Assembly: GCA_017463345.1 (NCBI GenBank)
Contig: JAFTPI010000054.1
Location: 1 to 40,108 of the forward strand
Source of the DNA: Clostridia bacterium
GTDB taxonomy: Bacteria; Bacillota; Clostridia; Oscillospirales; Acutalibacteraceae
Direction: 5' to 3'
DNA: 40,108 nt
Shown here: piece after piece, positions 6,885 through 19,638 of the stretch
How positions within the stretch are numbered: the first letter of the stretch is position 1
Layout: every line of letters begins with the position of its first letter
Program-made: the position numbers and the translations under genes
Notes under the pieces: model-generated
The model's database searches: none
What the model was told of the DNA's origin: nothing
The model's input: only the letters and a program-made list of their open reading frames with translations

Positions 6885-7455
6885 CTATTAGTAATGAATC
6901 ATCGTTTGTTAGGGCAGCAACCTTATATTTCCCCTCGGCTTTGAGGGCCTCAAAATGCGCCTGTCGTTCATTTGTAAAATGGCACACAAGAATCCCGTCA
7001 AAAAGGTTTAATCCGCTAAAATCGGTAATTTGGGCAGTATTTTGGTCATATTTTAAAACGTGTTCTAAATTGGCACTTACAATATGGGCTCCCGCGCTGC
7101 CGCCGACATAAATTACACCGTTTTTTATATAATCTATCATTGCCGTTTGGAAGCCGTGTTTCCTTATTCGGTGCAAAACCGAAAATGTGTTGCCGCCGCT
7201 TAAATAAAGCATATCAATATCTAAATTTTTGAAGCTGTCGGCATCGTAATAATTAAGCACCGTTATGTTTTCCCTTTTAAAGCCGTAGGACACAAGGCGG
7301 TCATAAAACTTATTGCTTAAAATTTCTTTTTTTGATGCGCAATCATCGGGCATAAACAAAACCTTAATTTCATTGAGAGGTTTTGGAATATTATTAAGGA
7401 TGAACTTTTTTGATTTTTCGTTTTTAAAATCACAGGAAGAAAGTATAAGTTTCAT
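6877..7455 (-). CDS. Peptidase S51 (dipeptidase E-like) / class I glutamine amidotransferase-like protein
   Basis: LYLSGGNTF and YVGGSAGAHI (nucleophile-elbow Ser) are S51 signatures. ATG 7455 has a GGAG 6 nt upstream, whereas the track start at 7467 is a TTG. Confidence 0.78.
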   Translation of the reverse strand: MKLILSSCDFKNEKSKKFILNNIPKPLNEIKVLFMPDDCASKKEILSNKFYDRLVSYGFKRENITVLNYYDADSFKNLDIDMLYLSGGNTFSVLHRIRKHGFQTAMIDYIKNGVIYVGGSAGAHIVSANLEHVLKYDQNTAQITDFSGLNLFDGILVCHFTNERQAHFEALKAEGKYKVAALTNDDSLLIEK

Positions 7456-7511
7456 AACACACTCCAAAATGTTCTAAATTGATTTTATCACAATAAGAAT
7501 ATTATGGCAAG

Positions 7512-7542
7512 AAAAAAGGTCTAAGGTTTGCACCTTAGACCT
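7512..7542 (-). terminator. tuf terminator (end of the str operon)
   Basis: AGGTCTAAGGT-TTGC-ACCTTAGACCT (11-bp stem). On the minus strand it is followed by TTTTT. Confidence 0.85.
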
Positions 7543-7565
7543 TTTGTATTACTGTAAATCAGCAA

Positions 7566-8762
7566 TTAGTTGATAGCGGTAACAACGCCGGAACCAACAG
7601 TACGGCCGCCTTCACGGATAGCGAAGCGGAGACCCTCTTCAATAGCGATAGGAGTGATAAGCTCAACATCCATCTCAACGTTATCGCCAGGCATGCACAT
7701 CTCGGTGCCTGCAGGAAGGGTGATAACACCAGTAACGTCAGTAGTTCTGAAATAGAACTGAGGACGATAGTTGTTGAAGAAAGGAGTATGACGGCCACCC
7801 TCGTCCTTGTTCAGAACATAAACCTGACCATGGAACTTGGTGTGGGGGTTGATAGAACCGGGCTTACAAAGAACCTGACCACGCTCGATTTCAGTTCTCT
7901 GGATACCACGGAGAAGAGCACCGATATTGTCGCCAGCCTCTGCATAGTCGAGGATCTTACGGAACATTTCGATACCTGTAACAACGGTCTTCTTTCTCTC
8001 ATCGGTAAGACCAATGATTTCAACTTCTTCAGAAGTTCTGAGCTGACCACGCTCAACACGACCGGTAGCAACAGTACCACGGCCGGTGATGGTGAATACG
8101 TCTTCAACAGGCATGATGAAAGGAAGGTCAGCCTTACGGTCAGGAGTAGGAATATAGCTGTCAACTGCATCCATAAGCTCAGCGATAGGAGCATAAGCAG
8201 GATCAGATGCATCGTTGGGAGCTTCAAGAGCCTTAAGAGCAGAACCCTTGATGATAGGAGTATCATCGCCGGGGAACTCATAGGTGTCAAGAGTCTCACG
8301 GATTTCCATTTCAACGAGTTCGAGAAGCTCTTCATCGTCAACCTGGTCAACCTTGTTCATGAATACTACGATGTAAGGAACGCCTACCTGACGAGCAAGG
8401 AGAAGGTGTTCTTTAGTCTGAGCCATAGGGCCATCGGTAGAAGCGATAACAAGGATAGCGCCGTCCATCTGAGCAGCACCGGTGATCATGTTCTTAACAT
8501 AGTCAGCGTGTCCGGGGCAGTCAACGTGTGCATAGTGACGAGCATCGGTCTCGTATTCAACGTGAGCGGTGTTAATTGTGATACCACGCTCTCTCTCTTC
8601 GGGAGCCTTATCGATGTTTGCATAGTCCTCGAATTGAGCTTGACCTTTCAAAGAAAGATACTTGGTGATTGCAGCAGTAAGAGTGGTTTTACCATGGTCA
8701 ACGTGGCCAATGGTACCAATGTTTACGTGGGGCTTAGTGCGTTCAAATTTTGCCTTTGCCAT
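7566..8762 (-). CDS. tuf: Translation elongation factor Tu
   Basis: [28 protein letters not shown]..., DCPGHADY and NKVD; 398 aa. Confidence 0.99.
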   Translation of the reverse strand: MAKAKFERTKPHVNIGTIGHVDHGKTTLTAAITKYLSLKGQAQFEDYANIDKAPEERERGITINTAHVEYETDARHYAHVDCPGHADYVKNMITGAAQMDGAILVIASTDGPMAQTKEHLLLARQVGVPYIVVFMNKVDQVDDEELLELVEMEIRETLDTYEFPGDDTPIIKGSALKALEAPNDASDPAYAPIAELMDAVDSYIPTPDRKADLPFIMPVEDVFTITGRGTVATGRVERGQLRTSEEVEIIGLTDERKKTVVTGIEMFRKILDYAEAGDNIGALLRGIQRTEIERGQVLCKPGSINPHTKFHGQVYVLNKDEGGRHTPFFNNYRPQFYFRTTDVTGVITLPAGTEMCMPGDNVEMDVELITPIAIEEGLRFAIREGGRTVGSGVVTAIN

Positions 8763-8856
8763 TTGGATTTCCTCCTTAGAATTTTGAAGTTTTAACTTAC
8801 ATTAGTCATTTTATCAAAAAGTCTTTGAAAATTCAAGACCTTTTTGCAAAAAGTTA

Positions 8857-10938
8857 TTAGTTCTTTGCTCTTGCAGTGATAATTTTCTCAGAAATGCTCT
8901 TGGGCACTTCTTTATAGCCGTCGGGTTCCATTACGTACTGGCCACGGCCCTGTGTCTTAGAACGAAGGTCGGTTGCATAACCAAACATATCGCCGAGAGG
9001 CACTCTAGCATTGATTTGCTTAACGCCTGCTCTGTCTTCAAAGCCTTGAATTTCGCCACGGCGAGAGTTAAGGTCGCCGATAACGTCGCCCATATACTCT
9101 TCAGGAACAAGAACTGTTACCTTCATAATAGGTTCAAGAAGCACGGGGTCACCCTTGCGGCAAGCACTCTTGAATGCCATAGAACCGGCAATCTTAAATG
9201 CCATTTCGGAAGAGTCAACTTCGTGGTAAGAACCATCATAAAGTGTTACCTTAACGTCAACAACGTTGTAGCCTGCGAGAACACCGGAAAGCATTGCGCC
9301 ACGGATACCTGCGTCAACAGCGGGGATGTATTCATTAGGAATAGCACCACCAACAATAGCGTTGGTAAACTCGTAACCTTTACCGGTTTCATTGGGTTCA
9401 ACCTTAATCTTAACGTGACCGTATTGACCTTTACCACCGGACTGACGAGCGTATTTCTCATCAACATCTGCAGCCTGGCGAATGGTTTCTTTGTAGGCAA
9501 CCTGAGGTGCGCCTACATTAGCTTCAACCTTAAATTCGCGAAGAAGTCTATCAACGATAATTTCAAGGTGAAGCTCACCCATACCGGCGATAATGGTTTG
9601 TCCGGTTTCTTCATCAGTGTATGCCTTGAATGTAGGATCCTCTTCGGCCAACTTTGCAAGAGCGATACCCATTTTTTCCTGACCTGCTTTGGTCTTGGGC
9701 TCAATAGCAACACGAATAACGGGCTCGGGGAAGTTCATTGATTCAAGAATTACAGGGTGTTTCTCATCGCACAAAGTATCACCGGTGGTGGTGTTTTTGA
9801 GACCTACGGCTGCGGCGATATCACCGGCGTAGCAGGTTTCAATATCTTCACGGTGGTTAGCGTGCATTTGAAGAATACGGCCCATACGTTCTTTATTGTC
9901 TTTAACCGAGTTAAATACGGTAGAACCTGCATCAACGGTACCGGAATAAACACGGAAGAAGCAAATTTTACCAACATAGGGGTCGGTAGCAATCTTAAAT
10001 GCAAGGGCGGAGAAAGGCTCGCTGTCAGAAGAATGACGAACCTCTTCCTCTTCAGTATCAGGATTAACACCCTTGATAGCCTCAACATCGGTAGGAGCGG
10101 GCATATAATCAACGATGTTATCAAGAAGGGGCTGTACGCCCTTATTGCGATAAGAAGTACCGCAGCAGATGGGAACCATCTTGCTTTCGATTGTTGCTTT
10201 TCTGATGATGCGCTTCATATCCTCAACGGAAGGCTCGGTGCCATCCTCAAGGTAAGCCATCATCAATTCATCATCCTGTTCAACGATTTGTTCAATCATT
10301 TCAGAACGATATTTTGCAGCAAGTTCCTTCATTTCTTCAGGGATTTCTTCCACGCGAACATCCATACCCTTATCGTCATAATAAACGATAGCGTTGTTGT
10401 TTACGAGGTCAACGATTCCCTTAAAGGTATCTTCAGCGCCGATAGGAAGCTGAATGGGAACAGCGTTACATTGGAAACGGTCCTTAACCATTTTAAGAAC
10501 ATTGTAAAAGTCAGCGCCCATAATGTCCATTTTGTTTACATAGATCATACGGGGAACTTTATATTCATCAGCCTGACGCCAAACGGTTTCAGACTGGGGC
10601 TCAACACCGCCCTTTGCGCAAAGAACGGTAACAGAACCGTCAAGCACGCGGAGAGAACGCTGAACTTCAACGGTGAAGTCAACGTGTCCGGGGGTGTCGA
10701 TAATATTGATACGATGGTCCTTCCAGAAACAGGTGGTTGCAGCAGAGGTAATTGTGATACCTCTCTCTTGTTCCTGCTCCATCCAGTCCATTACAGCATT
10801 ACCTTCGTGTGTTTCACCGATTTTATGAGTAATACCTGTATAGAAAAGAATACGTTCGGTAGTTGTAGTTTTACCGGCGTCGATGTGAGCCATAATACCA
10901 ATATTTCTTGTTTTTTCAAGTGATACCTTTCTTGGCAT
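8857..10938 (-). CDS. fusA: Translation elongation factor G
   Basis: [35 protein letters not shown]..., DTPGHVDF and NKMD. GGAGG lies 5 nt upstream of ATG 10938. Confidence 0.98.
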   Translation of the reverse strand: MPRKVSLEKTRNIGIMAHIDAGKTTTTERILFYTGITHKIGETHEGNAVMDWMEQEQERGITITSAATTCFWKDHRINIIDTPGHVDFTVEVQRSLRVLDGSVTVLCAKGGVEPQSETVWRQADEYKVPRMIYVNKMDIMGADFYNVLKMVKDRFQCNAVPIQLPIGAEDTFKGIVDLVNNNAIVYYDDKGMDVRVEEIPEEMKELAAKYRSEMIEQIVEQDDELMMAYLEDGTEPSVEDMKRIIRKATIESKMVPICCGTSYRNKGVQPLLDNIVDYMPAPTDVEAIKGVNPDTEEEEVRHSSDSEPFSALAFKIATDPYVGKICFFRVYSGTVDAGSTVFNSVKDNKERMGRILQMHANHREDIETCYAGDIAAAVGLKNTTTGDTLCDEKHPVILESMNFPEPVIRVAIEPKTKAGQEKMGIALAKLAEEDPTFKAYTDEETGQTIIAGMGELHLEIIVDRLLREFKVEANVGAPQVAYKETIRQAADVDEKYARQSGGKGQYGHVKIKVEPNETGKGYEFTNAIVGGAIPNEYIPAVDAGIRGAMLSGVLAGYNVVDVKVTLYDGSYHEVDSSEMAFKIAGSMAFKSACRKGDPVLLEPIMKVTVLVPEEYMGDVIGDLNSRRGEIQGFEDRAGVKQINARVPLGDMFGYATDLRSKTQGRGQYVMEPDGYKEVPKSISEKIITARAKN

Positions 10939-10965
10939 AATAACCTCCAAAATATTAGTAAAATA

Positions 10966-11436
10966 CTACCATCTGTAATGAGCAAACGCTTTGTTTGCTT
11001 CTGCCATCTTATGAACGTCGTCACGCTTCTTAGCAGCGCCGCCTACTCCGTTGATTGCATCAAGGATTTCGCCGGCAAGACGCTCTTTCATTGTCTTTTC
11101 AGAACGATTACGGCTATAGGTAGAAATCCAACGCAAACCTAAGGTCTGCTTACGCTCGGGGCGTACCTCGAAAGGAACCTGATAGGTTGCACCGCCCTTA
11201 CGAACGGACTTAACTTCGAGTTGGGGCATAACATTTTCCATAGCCTGTTCAAAAACCTCTAAGGGTTCTTTTCCTGTTTTTTCAGCGATGATGTCGAATG
11301 CGCCATAAACAATCTTCTGAGCAACACCCTTCTTACCATCAAGCATAATGTTGTTGATGAGACGGGTTACTAACTTTGAATTGTAAAGCGGATCGGGTAA
11401 TACATCGCGTTTAGCGATAAAGCCTCTTCTTGGCAC
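10966..11436 (-). CDS. rpsG: 30S ribosomal protein S7
   Basis: GTG start at 11436 is preceded by AGGAGGG and gives a 156-aa protein, (V/M)[19 protein letters not shown]..., ending ...AFAHYRW. The track ORF carries a spurious 22-codon N-terminal extension. Confidence 0.96.
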   Translation of the reverse strand: MPRRGFIAKRDVLPDPLYNSKLVTRLINNIMLDGKKGVAQKIVYGAFDIIAEKTGKEPLEVFEQAMENVMPQLEVKSVRKGGATYQVPFEVRPERKQTLGLRWISTYSRNRSEKTMKERLAGEILDAINGVGGAAKKRDDVHKMAEANKAFAHYRW

Positions 11437-11587
11437 TTCGCTTCCCTCCTTCACATTTATGATATCATAGGTACTCGAGTGACAAAATTCTCGTGGCACC
11501 AAGCAGAGAGTTTACCATACATATATAATAAACCTGCTTGATTAGTTTTAGCAGAGATTTCGTCGTTTTTAATTTTGCTGCCTTAAA

Positions 11588-12013
11588 TTACTTAGCAGCG
11601 CCTGCCTTAGGACGTTTTGCGCCGTATTTAGAACGGGACTGCATACGTTTTGCAACACCCTGTGTATCCAAGGTACCGCGAATAATGTGGTAACGCACAC
11701 CAGGAAGGTCCTTAACACGTCCGCCACGGATAAGCACTACGCTGTGTTCCTGGAGATTGTGACCAATACCGGGAATGTAAGCAGAAACTTCAATACCGTT
11801 AGAAAGACGTACTCTAGCGATTTTACGAAGTGCAGAGTTAGGCTTCTTAGGTGTAGCAGTTTTAACGGCAGTACAAACACCGCGCTTCTGCGGAGACTCA
11901 ACATCGGTTGCCTGACGCTTCATGGAGTTATAACCCTTTAAAAGTGCAGGAGCCTTTGCCTTCTTCTCTACCGTTTCACGTCCACTACGAACTAACTGGT
12001 TAAAGGTTGGCAT
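11588..12013 (-). CDS. rpsL: 30S ribosomal protein S12
   Basis: [13 protein letters not shown]...[10 protein letters not shown]...[14 protein letters not shown]...; 141 aa. Confidence 0.98.
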   Translation of the reverse strand: MPTFNQLVRSGRETVEKKAKAPALLKGYNSMKRQATDVESPQKRGVCTAVKTATPKKPNSALRKIARVRLSNGIEVSAYIPGIGHNLQEHSVVLIRGGRVKDLPGVRYHIIRGTLDTQGVAKRMQSRSKYGAKRPKAGAAK

Positions 12014-12119
12014 ATTACACCTCCTATAAAAAAATGTATACGACGCAGACAGGGTCTCCCCTGCCTGCGTAATATAAAATTTTGTGGGAGAAAACTAACG
12101 CATTTTCTCACAATTTAAC

Positions 12120-12148
12120 AGTTTATCATAAACCTTTTGCTTTGTCAA
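12120..12148 (-). promoter_or_regulatory. rpsL (S12-S7-EF-G-EF-Tu) promoter
   Basis: The minus strand reads TTGACA (12148..12143), a 17-nt spacer, then TAAACT (12125..12120). Confidence 0.5.
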
Positions 12149-12157
12149 CTACAATTT

Positions 12158-15100
12158 TTAGCCGATTGCGTTGGTGAACACTGTTCCCTCTTCAAAATCG
12201 GGAGCGGCATCATCAGGATTGATTTCATTGACCTTCATACCTGTACCTGCGGGCACAAGTTTACCAATGATAACATTTTCCTTAAGACCAAAGAGCGGGT
12301 CAACCTTGCCCTTGATTGCAGCTTCGGTGAGAACACGAGTGGTCTCCTGGAAGGAAGCGGCAGAAAGGAAGGACTTGGTTGCAAGAGATGCCTTTGTGAT
12401 ACCGAGAAGTGTTGCTTCATACTGTGCAGGTTTAAGATTTTCCTCGCCTGCCTGAATTCTAGCGTATATTTCAGCATTTGCAGCATAAACCTCGCCTGAA
12501 TCGTACTTAACATTCTGAAGAAGTGTGGTTGAACCGGGGTCGGTAACGCGAAGCTTCTTCATCATCTGACGGATAATGATTTCAATGTGCTTATCATTGA
12601 TATCAACACCCTGTGTACGGTAAGCATTTTGGATTTCGGCAATGATATAGTCTTCAACAGCACCAGGGCCCATTGCATCAAGAATATCCTGAGGATATTT
12701 TGCACCGGGCAGGAGTAAATCACCTGTCTTAACCTGGTCGCCATCCTTAACGAGAGGACGGATTCCGTAAGGAATAACAACCTTTTCTTCAACGGCCTCG
12801 CCGTTTTTAATGCCGTTGATTACAATTACGTTGCTCTTTTTCTCCTCAACTATACGCACGGTACCATCAATTTTGCTGATAAGACCGCAACGTTTGGGAC
12901 GACGGGCTTCAAAGAGCTCTTCAACACGGGGCAGACCCTGTGTGATATCTTCGGTAGATGCGATACCACCGGTATGGAAGGTACGCATGGTAAGCTGTGT
13001 ACCGGGTTCACCGATGGACTGTGCAGCAACGATACCAACAGCTTCTCCGACTGTAACGGGCTTACCTGTTGCAAGGTTGGAGCCGTAGCACTTCTTACAA
13101 ACACCGTTTTCAGAGTGGCAGGTAAGAATTGAACGAATCTTAACCTCGGTTGCTCCTGCATTAACGATTGCCTTAGCATCGTCCTCGGTCATCATCTTAT
13201 CCTTTGAAACAAGGATTTCACCGGTTGCTTCATCAACAAAGTCCTCAAAGAGATATCTACCAACGAGGCGTTCCTCTAAGGTCTCAAGAACATGGTTACC
13301 GTCCTTAATGTCGGAAACAACAAGGAATTCGTCGGTGCCGCAGTCGTCATCACGAATGATAACATCCTGAGCAACGTCAACAAGACGACGGGTAAGGTAA
13401 CCCGAGTCAGCGGTACGAAGAGCGGTATCGGCAAGACCCTTACGAGCACCACGAGAGGAAATAAAGTATTCAAGAACATTAAGACCCTCACGGTAGTTAG
13501 CACGAATGGGAACCTCGATAACCTTACCTGCAGTGTTGGCGATAAGTCCGCGCATACCTGCAAGCTGACGAATCTGGCTCATGGAACCACGAGCACCGGA
13601 ATCAGCCATCATAAAGATGGGGTTGAACTCATCAAGGTTGCCCTTAAGTGCATCGGCAACATCTTCGGTTGCCTTGTTCCAAATCTTGATTACATGCTGG
13701 CTACGCTCCTCATCACTGATAAGACCGCGCTTATAGTTGCGGTTAACACGCTCAATTTGTGTTTCGGCATCGGCAAGAATTTCTGCCTTTGCAGGAGGAA
13801 TAACAGCATCTATAACGGCAACGGTGATAGCGCCCTTGGTGGAATACTTAAAGCCAGTTTCCTTAATCTTATCAAGAACAATGGCGGTTTCGCTTGTGCC
13901 GTGGCAGGCAATACATTTGTCAATGATTTTTCCAAGCTGCTTTTTGCCAACCTTATTCTGAATAATGTCATCGTTGGACTCAATAACATTCTTGGAGGGG
14001 TCCTTAACCTTGAAACTCCACTCAAGGTTGTAAACCTCATCAGCATTGCTGCGGTTAACGAAGCCTAAATCCTGAGGAATGGATTGGTTAAAGATGATAA
14101 GACCAACTGTACACCAAACAAGCTTAGAGCCGTTTTCGTTTGACATTTTAACGCGGATAGGAGCATGAAGTCCTACAACGCCGTTATTGTAAGCCATTAA
14201 GGCTTCATTGGTATCACGGAACACCTTGTTTGCACCCGGCTCCTCTGCCTTAACGAGTGTTAAATAGTAGGAACCGAGAACCATATCCTGTGTAGGAACG
14301 GTAACGGGCTTACCGTCAGAAGGCTTAAGCAGGTTGTTTGCAGCCAGCATAAGGAAGCGGGCCTCAGCCTGGGCCTCAGCGGAAAGGGGTACGTGAACAG
14401 CCATCTGGTCACCGTCAAAGTCGGCGTTGTATGCGGTACATACAAGGGGATGGAGTTTCAGTGCCTTACCCTCAACAAGAACGGGCTCAAATGCCTGAAT
14501 ACCAAGTCTATGCAGTGTGGGAGCACGGTTTAAGAGAACGGGATGTTCCTTAATAACGGTTTCAAGCGCATCCCAAATTTCGGCGCCTGCGCGCTCAACC
14601 ATTTTGCGTGCGGATTTAATGTTTACAACCTTTTTCTCTTCAACAAGGCGCTTCATAACGAAGGGCTTGAAGAGTTCAAGTGCCATTTCCTTAGGCAGAC
14701 CGCACTGATACATTTTAAGTTCAGGACCAACAACGATAACCGAACGACCGGAGTAGTCAACACGCTTACCGAGAAGGTTCTGACGGAAACGACCCTGCTT
14801 ACCCTTTAACATATCGGAAAGTGATTTTAAGGGACGGTTGTTGGGGCCTGTAACAGGCTTGCCGCGGCGACCGTTATCAATAAGAGCGTCAACTGCTTCC
14901 TGAAGCATTCTCTTTTCGTTTCTAACAATGATGTCAGGTGCGCCCAGTTCAAGAAGTCTCTTTAAGCGGTTGTTTCTGTTGATAACACGACGGTAGAGGT
15001 CGTTAAGGTCGGAAGTAGCAAATCTACCACCGTCGAGCTGAACCATAGGACGAAGGTCGGGCGGAATTACGGGAATTACATCCAGAACCATCCATTCGGG

Positions 15101-15763
15101 GCGGTTGCCTGAAGCACGGAATGCTTCAAGAACTTCAAGGCGCTTAATAATGCGAACACGCTTTTGACCTGTGGCGCTTTCAAGCTCCTCGCGAAGCTCG
15201 GTGCAGGTTTTGTCAAGGTCAATTTCAGAAAGAAGCTTCTTGATTGCCTCGGCACCCATACCTGCCTCAAAATCGTCCTCATACTTTTCACGCATATCGC
15301 GGTACTGCTTTTCATTTAAAAGCTGCTTCTTTTCAAGAGGTGTGCTACCGGGGTCGGTAACGATATACTGTGAGAAATAAAGAACCTGCTCAAGGGTTTT
15401 AGAGGTAACATCCAAAGCCAAGCCCATTCTTGAGGGGTTAGTTTTAAAGTACCAAATGTGAGAAACAGGAGCAGCAAGTTCAATTGTACCCATTCTCTCA
15501 CGGCGAACCTTTGCACGGGTGATTTCAACGCCGCAGCGTTCGCAAACCTTACCCTTATAACGAATACGTTTATATTTTCCGCAATGGCACTCCCAGTCCT
15601 TTGTGGGGCCAAAGATGCGCTCGCAGTAAAGACCGTTTTGCTCGGGCTTTAAGGTGCGGTAGTTAATTGTTTCGGGCTTTGTAACCTCGCCGTATGACCA
15701 ACTTCTGATTTGCTCGGGAGATGCCAGGCCTATTTTAATTGATTCAAATTCAATACCTTCCAT
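12158..15763 (-). CDS. rpoC: DNA-directed RNA polymerase subunit beta'
   Basis: Zn-finger [22 protein letters not shown] and catalytic [29 protein letters not shown] aligns in length with typical clostridial RpoC N-termini, and GGAGG lies 8 nt upstream of ATG 15763. An in-frame ATG at 15778 overlaps the rpoB stop and is the alternative start. Confidence 0.97.
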   Translation of the reverse strand: MEGIEFESIKIGLASPEQIRSWSYGEVTKPETINYRTLKPEQNGLYCERIFGPTKDWECHCGKYKRIRYKGKVCERCGVEITRAKVRRERMGTIELAAPVSHIWYFKTNPSRMGLALDVTSKTLEQVLYFSQYIVTDPGSTPLEKKQLLNEKQYRDMREKYEDDFEAGMGAEAIKKLLSEIDLDKTCTELREELESATGQKRVRIIKRLEVLEAFRASGNRPEWMVLDVIPVIPPDLRPMVQLDGGRFATSDLNDLYRRVINRNNRLKRLLELGAPDIIVRNEKRMLQEAVDALIDNGRRGKPVTGPNNRPLKSLSDMLKGKQGRFRQNLLGKRVDYSGRSVIVVGPELKMYQCGLPKEMALELFKPFVMKRLVEEKKVVNIKSARKMVERAGAEIWDALETVIKEHPVLLNRAPTLHRLGIQAFEPVLVEGKALKLHPLVCTAYNADFDGDQMAVHVPLSAEAQAEARFLMLAANNLLKPSDGKPVTVPTQDMVLGSYYLTLVKAEEPGANKVFRDTNEALMAYNNGVVGLHAPIRVKMSNENGSKLVWCTVGLIIFNQSIPQDLGFVNRSNADEVYNLEWSFKVKDPSKNVIESNDDIIQNKVGKKQLGKIIDKCIACHGTSETAIVLDKIKETGFKYSTKGAITVAVIDAVIPPAKAEILADAETQIERVNRNYKRGLISDEERSQHVIKIWNKATEDVADALKGNLDEFNPIFMMADSGARGSMSQIRQLAGMRGLIANTAGKVIEVPIRANYREGLNVLEYFISSRGARKGLADTALRTADSGYLTRRLVDVAQDVIIRDDDCGTDEFLVVSDIKDGNHVLETLEERLVGRYLFEDFVDEATGEILVSKDKMMTEDDAKAIVNAGATEVKIRSILTCHSENGVCKKCYGSNLATGKPVTVGEAVGIVAAQSIGEPGTQLTMRTFHTGGIASTEDITQGLPRVEELFEARRPKRCGLISKIDGTVRIVEEKKSNVIVINGIKNGEAVEEKVVIPYGIRPLVKDGDQVKTGDLLLPGAKYPQDILDAMGPGAVEDYIIAEIQNAYRTQGVDINDKHIEIIIRQMMKKLRVTDPGSTTLLQNVKYDSGEVYAANAEIYARIQAGEENLKPAQYEATLLGITKASLATKSFLSAASFQETTRVLTEAAIKGKVDPLFGLKENVIIGKLVPAGTGMKVNEINPDDAAPDFEEGTVFTNAIG

Positions 15764-15777
15764 TTGCCTTACCTCCA

Positions 15778-18700
15778 TTACATTTCATCGTTATCGGAAT
15801 AATCTTCCGAAATTGCTTCGCCGTTTTCATCCTCAAGGCCAAAGCCTTCAAGGGTATCGGCAACATTGTCTTCTTCAAATATGGGCTCGTCTGTTACAAC
15901 GGGCAATCCGATGTCGTCATCGTCTTCAAAGGTTTGCTTTAAGTCGATTTCTTCATCGAACTTGTCAAGCACCTTAACATCAAGGCCCAAGGACTGGAGT
16001 TCCTTAATAAGAACCTTGAAGGATTCGGGAACGCCGGGCTTGGGAACATTTTGTCCCTTAACAATGGCCTCATAGGTCTTAACACGACCAACGATATCGT
16101 CGGACTTAATTGTAAGGATTTCCTGAAGGGTGTATGCTGCACCGTAAGCTTCAAGAGCCCAAACTTCCATTTCACCGAAACGCTGACCGCCGAACTGTGC
16201 CTTACCGCCGAGAGGCTGCTGGGTAACCAGTGAGTAAGGACCGGTTGAACGAGCGTGAATCTTATCATCAACGAGGTGATGGAGTTTAAGATAATACATA
16301 TAACCAACGGTTACAGGGTTGTCGAAGGGCTCACCTGTACGACCGTCGTAAAGAATGGTTTTACCATCCTCAGAAAGGCCTGCCATCTTAAGGCACTCTC
16401 TAATGTCGGATTCGTGTGCACCATCAAAAACAGGTGTGCAAACATTCCAGCCGAGAGCCTTTGCGGCATAACCTAAATGAACCTCAAGAACCTGACCGAT
16501 GTTCATACGAGAAGGAACACCGAGGGGGTTAAGAACGATATCAAGAGGTCTGCCATCGGGCAAGAAGGGCATATCCTCACTGGGGAGAATTCTGGAAACA
16601 ACACCCTTGTTACCGTGACGTCCGGCCATTTTATCACCAACGGAAATCTTACGCTTTTGTGCAATGTAGCAACGAACAACAAGATTTACGCCGGGAGAAA
16701 GTTCAGAAGAGTTTTCACGATTAAACACCTTAACATCAACGATGGTACCGTATTCACCGTGAGGAACGCGCAGAGAGGTATCTCTAACCTCCCTAGCCTT
16801 TTCACCGAAGATCGCACGAAGCAGTCTTTCTTCGGCGGTAAGCTCGGTTTCACCCTTAGGTGTTACCTTACCAACGAGAATGTCGCCTGCCTTAACCTCA
16901 GCACCAACACGGATAATACCGCGCTCATCAAGGTCCTTAAGGGCATCCTCACCGATATTGGGAATGTCGCGGGTGATTTCTTCGGGACCAAGCTTTGTAT
17001 CTCTTGCCTCTACCTCATATTCCTCAATGTGAATAGAGGTGTACATATCCTCGCGAACAAGCTTTTCATTAATGAGAACAGCATCTTCGTAGTTATAGCC
17101 TTCCCAGGTCATAAAGCCGATAAGGGCGTTCCTACCAAGGGAAATTTCACCGTTGCAGGTTGCAGGGCCATCGGCAATAACCTCACCCTTAATAACCTTT
17201 TGTCCAACCTCAACAATAGGCTTCTGGTTAATACAGGTGCCGTGGTTTGAACGAAGGAATTTAATGAGGGTGTACTCATCAATTTCGCCGTTTTCAGCGG
17301 TAACCTTAATGGTATCGGCACTTACATAAGAAACTGTACCCTCACGCTTTGCAAGAACAACAGCGCCTGAGTCAACAGCGGCCTTATATTCCATACCTGT
17401 TGCAACAACAGGGCTTTCGGTGCGAAGGAGAGGCACAGCCTGCTTCTGCATGTTAGAGCCCATGAGTGCACGGTTGGTATCATCGTTTTCAAGGAAGGGA
17501 ATCATTGCGGTAGCAACCGAAACAACCATCTTAGGCGAAACATCCATAAAGTCGGCGCGAGAAGCCTCAACCTCTTGGAAGCCATCACGGTAACGAGCAT
17601 TTACCCTCTTGTTGGCAAAGAAGCCGTCGTCGGTTAAGGGCTCGTTAGCCTGTGCTACAACATAATCATCCTCTTCATCGGCTGTCATATAAACAACTTC
17701 GTCAAGCACCTTGCCTGTTGCCTTATCAACACGGCGGAAGGGAGTTTCAATAAAGCCATATTCATTAATTCTTGCGAAGGTTGCAAGATAAGAAATAAGA
17801 CCAATGTTAGGACCTTCAGGGGTTTCAATGGGGCACATACGACCATAGTGGGTGTAGTGAACGTCACGAACCTCGAAGGATGCACGGTCTCTCGACAAAC
17901 CGCCGGGACCAAGTGCAGATAAACGGCGCTTGTGTGTAAGCTCAGAAAGAAGGTTGGTCTGGTCCATAAACTGAGAAAGGGGTGATGAACCAAAGAACTC
18001 CTTAATAGCTGCAACAACAGGGCGGATATTGATAAGAGACTGAGGTGTAATGCTTTCGGTTTCGGATGCCTGAAGAGCCATCTTTTCACGAACAACACGC
18101 TCCATACGGGTAAAACCGATGCGGAACTGGTTCTGTAAAAGTTCTCCTACCGAACGAATGCGGCGGTTACCTAAGTGGTCAATATCGTCGATTGTGCCGA
18201 TATCCTTAGGCAGACCAAGGAAATAACTGATAGATGCAAAAATATCATCAACTGTAATGTGTTTAGGAATAAGAAGGTCGGCACTGGCGGCAATAGCCTC
18301 TTTTAGAGCCTCTTCACCTTCGTTATTTTCAAGAATGTCACGCAGAACTGCAAAGGAAACATCCTCATTGATGCCTAAATCCTTAACATCAAAGTCAATA
18401 AAGTTCTTAATGTCAACCATGCCGTTTGACAGAACCTTAACTTCGCTGCGCTTACCTTCGCTGTCCATAACATCGAGATAAACCTCGTTTACACCCCTAT
18501 TTTGGAGCATAACTGCGGTTTCACGATTAAGGTTGTTGCCTGCCTCTGCAAGAATTTCACCTGTCATGGGGTCTATAACGGGGCGAGCAAGTGTTTTACC
18601 AATAATTCTCGGTGCAAGAGAAAGCTTCTTATTATATTTGTATCTGCCAACCCTTGACATATCATAACGATGAACATCAAAGAAAAGCTGCTCAAGATAG

Positions 18701-19473
18701 GTCTTTGCACCCTCAACGGTTACAGGCTCACTGGGGCGAAGCTTTTTATAAACCTCAACCAAAGCATCGTCTGTATTGTTGATTTCATCGGCATCCATTG
18801 TCACGCTTAAACGCTCATCCTCACCAAAGAGTGAACGGATTTGGTCGTTTGTAGCGACACCGAGAGCACGGATAAGTGTGGTAAGGGGCAGCTTGCGGTT
18901 CTTATCAATACGAACATAGAGAACCTCGTTTTGTGAGGTTTCATATTCGAGCCAAGCACCGCGGTTAGGAATGATTGTTGAGGAGAAAAGCTTTTTACCG
19001 GTTTTCTCTTCAATCTTCTCATCAAAATAGACACCGGGAGAACGAACAAGCTGGGAAACAATAGCGCGCTCGGCACCATTAATAACAAAGGTACCCGATT
19101 CGGTCATAAGCGGGAAATCGCCCATGAAAACTTCGCTTTCCTTAATTTCGCCTGTTTCCTTATTTAAGAGCCTTGTTTTAACACGAAGGGGTGCGGCATA
19201 GGTGGTGTCCCTTGCTTTGCACTCGTTCACATCGTATTTGGGCTGCTCGTCCAAACGGTAGTCAATGAAATCAAGAACAAGATTTCCTGTGTAGTCAGTG
19301 ATGGATGACATTTCACGGAAAACTTCCTTTAAACCTTCCTCGACAAACCATTTGTAAGAGTTCTTTTGAATTTCAATGAGGTCGGGCATGTCAATGACTT
19401 CATTAATCTTCGAAAAACTCATACGAGTGGTTTTACCCATTTGTACAGGTTTTACCATGTCTGTAGGCTTCAT
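15778..19473 (-). CDS. rpoB: DNA-directed RNA polymerase subunit beta
   Basis: 1231 aa with [31 protein letters not shown], the rifampicin-cluster region [15 protein letters not shown], and [12 protein letters not shown]. The start could instead be ATG 19458 (MVKPVQMG...). Confidence 0.98.
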   Translation of the reverse strand: MKPTDMVKPVQMGKTTRMSFSKINEVIDMPDLIEIQKNSYKWFVEEGLKEVFREMSSITDYTGNLVLDFIDYRLDEQPKYDVNECKARDTTYAAPLRVKTRLLNKETGEIKESEVFMGDFPLMTESGTFVINGAERAIVSQLVRSPGVYFDEKIEEKTGKKLFSSTIIPNRGAWLEYETSQNEVLYVRIDKNRKLPLTTLIRALGVATNDQIRSLFGEDERLSVTMDADEINNTDDALVEVYKKLRPSEPVTVEGAKTYLEQLFFDVHRYDMSRVGRYKYNKKLSLAPRIIGKTLARPVIDPMTGEILAEAGNNLNRETAVMLQNRGVNEVYLDVMDSEGKRSEVKVLSNGMVDIKNFIDFDVKDLGINEDVSFAVLRDILENNEGEEALKEAIAASADLLIPKHITVDDIFASISYFLGLPKDIGTIDDIDHLGNRRIRSVGELLQNQFRIGFTRMERVVREKMALQASETESITPQSLINIRPVVAAIKEFFGSSPLSQFMDQTNLLSELTHKRRLSALGPGGLSRDRASFEVRDVHYTHYGRMCPIETPEGPNIGLISYLATFARINEYGFIETPFRRVDKATGKVLDEVVYMTADEEDDYVVAQANEPLTDDGFFANKRVNARYRDGFQEVEASRADFMDVSPKMVVSVATAMIPFLENDDTNRALMGSNMQKQAVPLLRTESPVVATGMEYKAAVDSGAVVLAKREGTVSYVSADTIKVTAENGEIDEYTLIKFLRSNHGTCINQKPIVEVGQKVIKGEVIADGPATCNGEISLGRNALIGFMTWEGYNYEDAVLINEKLVREDMYTSIHIEEYEVEARDTKLGPEEITRDIPNIGEDALKDLDERGIIRVGAEVKAGDILVGKVTPKGETELTAEERLLRAIFGEKAREVRDTSLRVPHGEYGTIVDVKVFNRENSSELSPGVNLVVRCYIAQKRKISVGDKMAGRHGNKGVVSRILPSEDMPFLPDGRPLDIVLNPLGVPSRMNIGQVLEVHLGYAAKALGWNVCTPVFDGAHESDIRECLKMAGLSEDGKTILYDGRTGEPFDNPVTVGYMYYLKLHHLVDDKIHARSTGPYSLVTQQPLGGKAQFGGQRFGEMEVWALEAYGAAYTLQEILTIKSDDIVGRVKTYEAIVKGQNVPKPGVPESFKVLIKELQSLGLDVKVLDKFDEEIDLKQTFEDDDDIGLPVVTDEPIFEEDNVADTLEGFGLEDENGEAISEDYSDNDEM

Positions 19474-19609
19474 AGGTTATGAATCACTCCTTCAAATTTT
19501 TACGAATTCTTTTTTCGCAACGACTTAGATAGTTGAGCACTTTTTTGCAAAATACAGGCATTTTTATTTTGCAAATAAGTGCATATTCCCCCATCATTAT
19601 CAAATACAA

Positions 19610-19638
19610 ATTATATAACAACTTTAAATCCTAGTCAA
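19610..19638 (-). promoter_or_regulatory. rpoB promoter
   Basis: The minus strand reads TTGACT (19638..19633), a 17-nt spacer, then TATAAT (19615..19610). The leader to the rpoB start is about 130 nt. Confidence 0.6.

Noticed and set aside
7788-8795. 335-aa plus-strand ORF antisense to tuf. Similar long antisense ORFs lie at 9016..9741 and 9757..10923 (fusA), 13292..14068 (rpoC), 16477..17250 (rpoB), 23240..24064 (rhamnosidase), 25918..26520 (galK/ackA) and 30184..30783 and 31030..31536 (ATPase).
   Set aside because: These are shadow ORFs opposite highly conserved genes. Their products are low-complexity or Ser/Thr/Asn/Val-rich, lack RBSs and match no family. Stop-poor antisense frames of this kind are expected opposite codon-biased genes.
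8763-8856. Imperfect hairpin (GGTCTTGA..TCAAAGAC plus T run) between fusA and tuf, considered as a terminator
   Set aside because: The stem has a bulge and is AT-rich. fusA-tuf read-through is the norm, so I did not list it as a feature. It may be a weak attenuator or lie near an internal tuf promoter.
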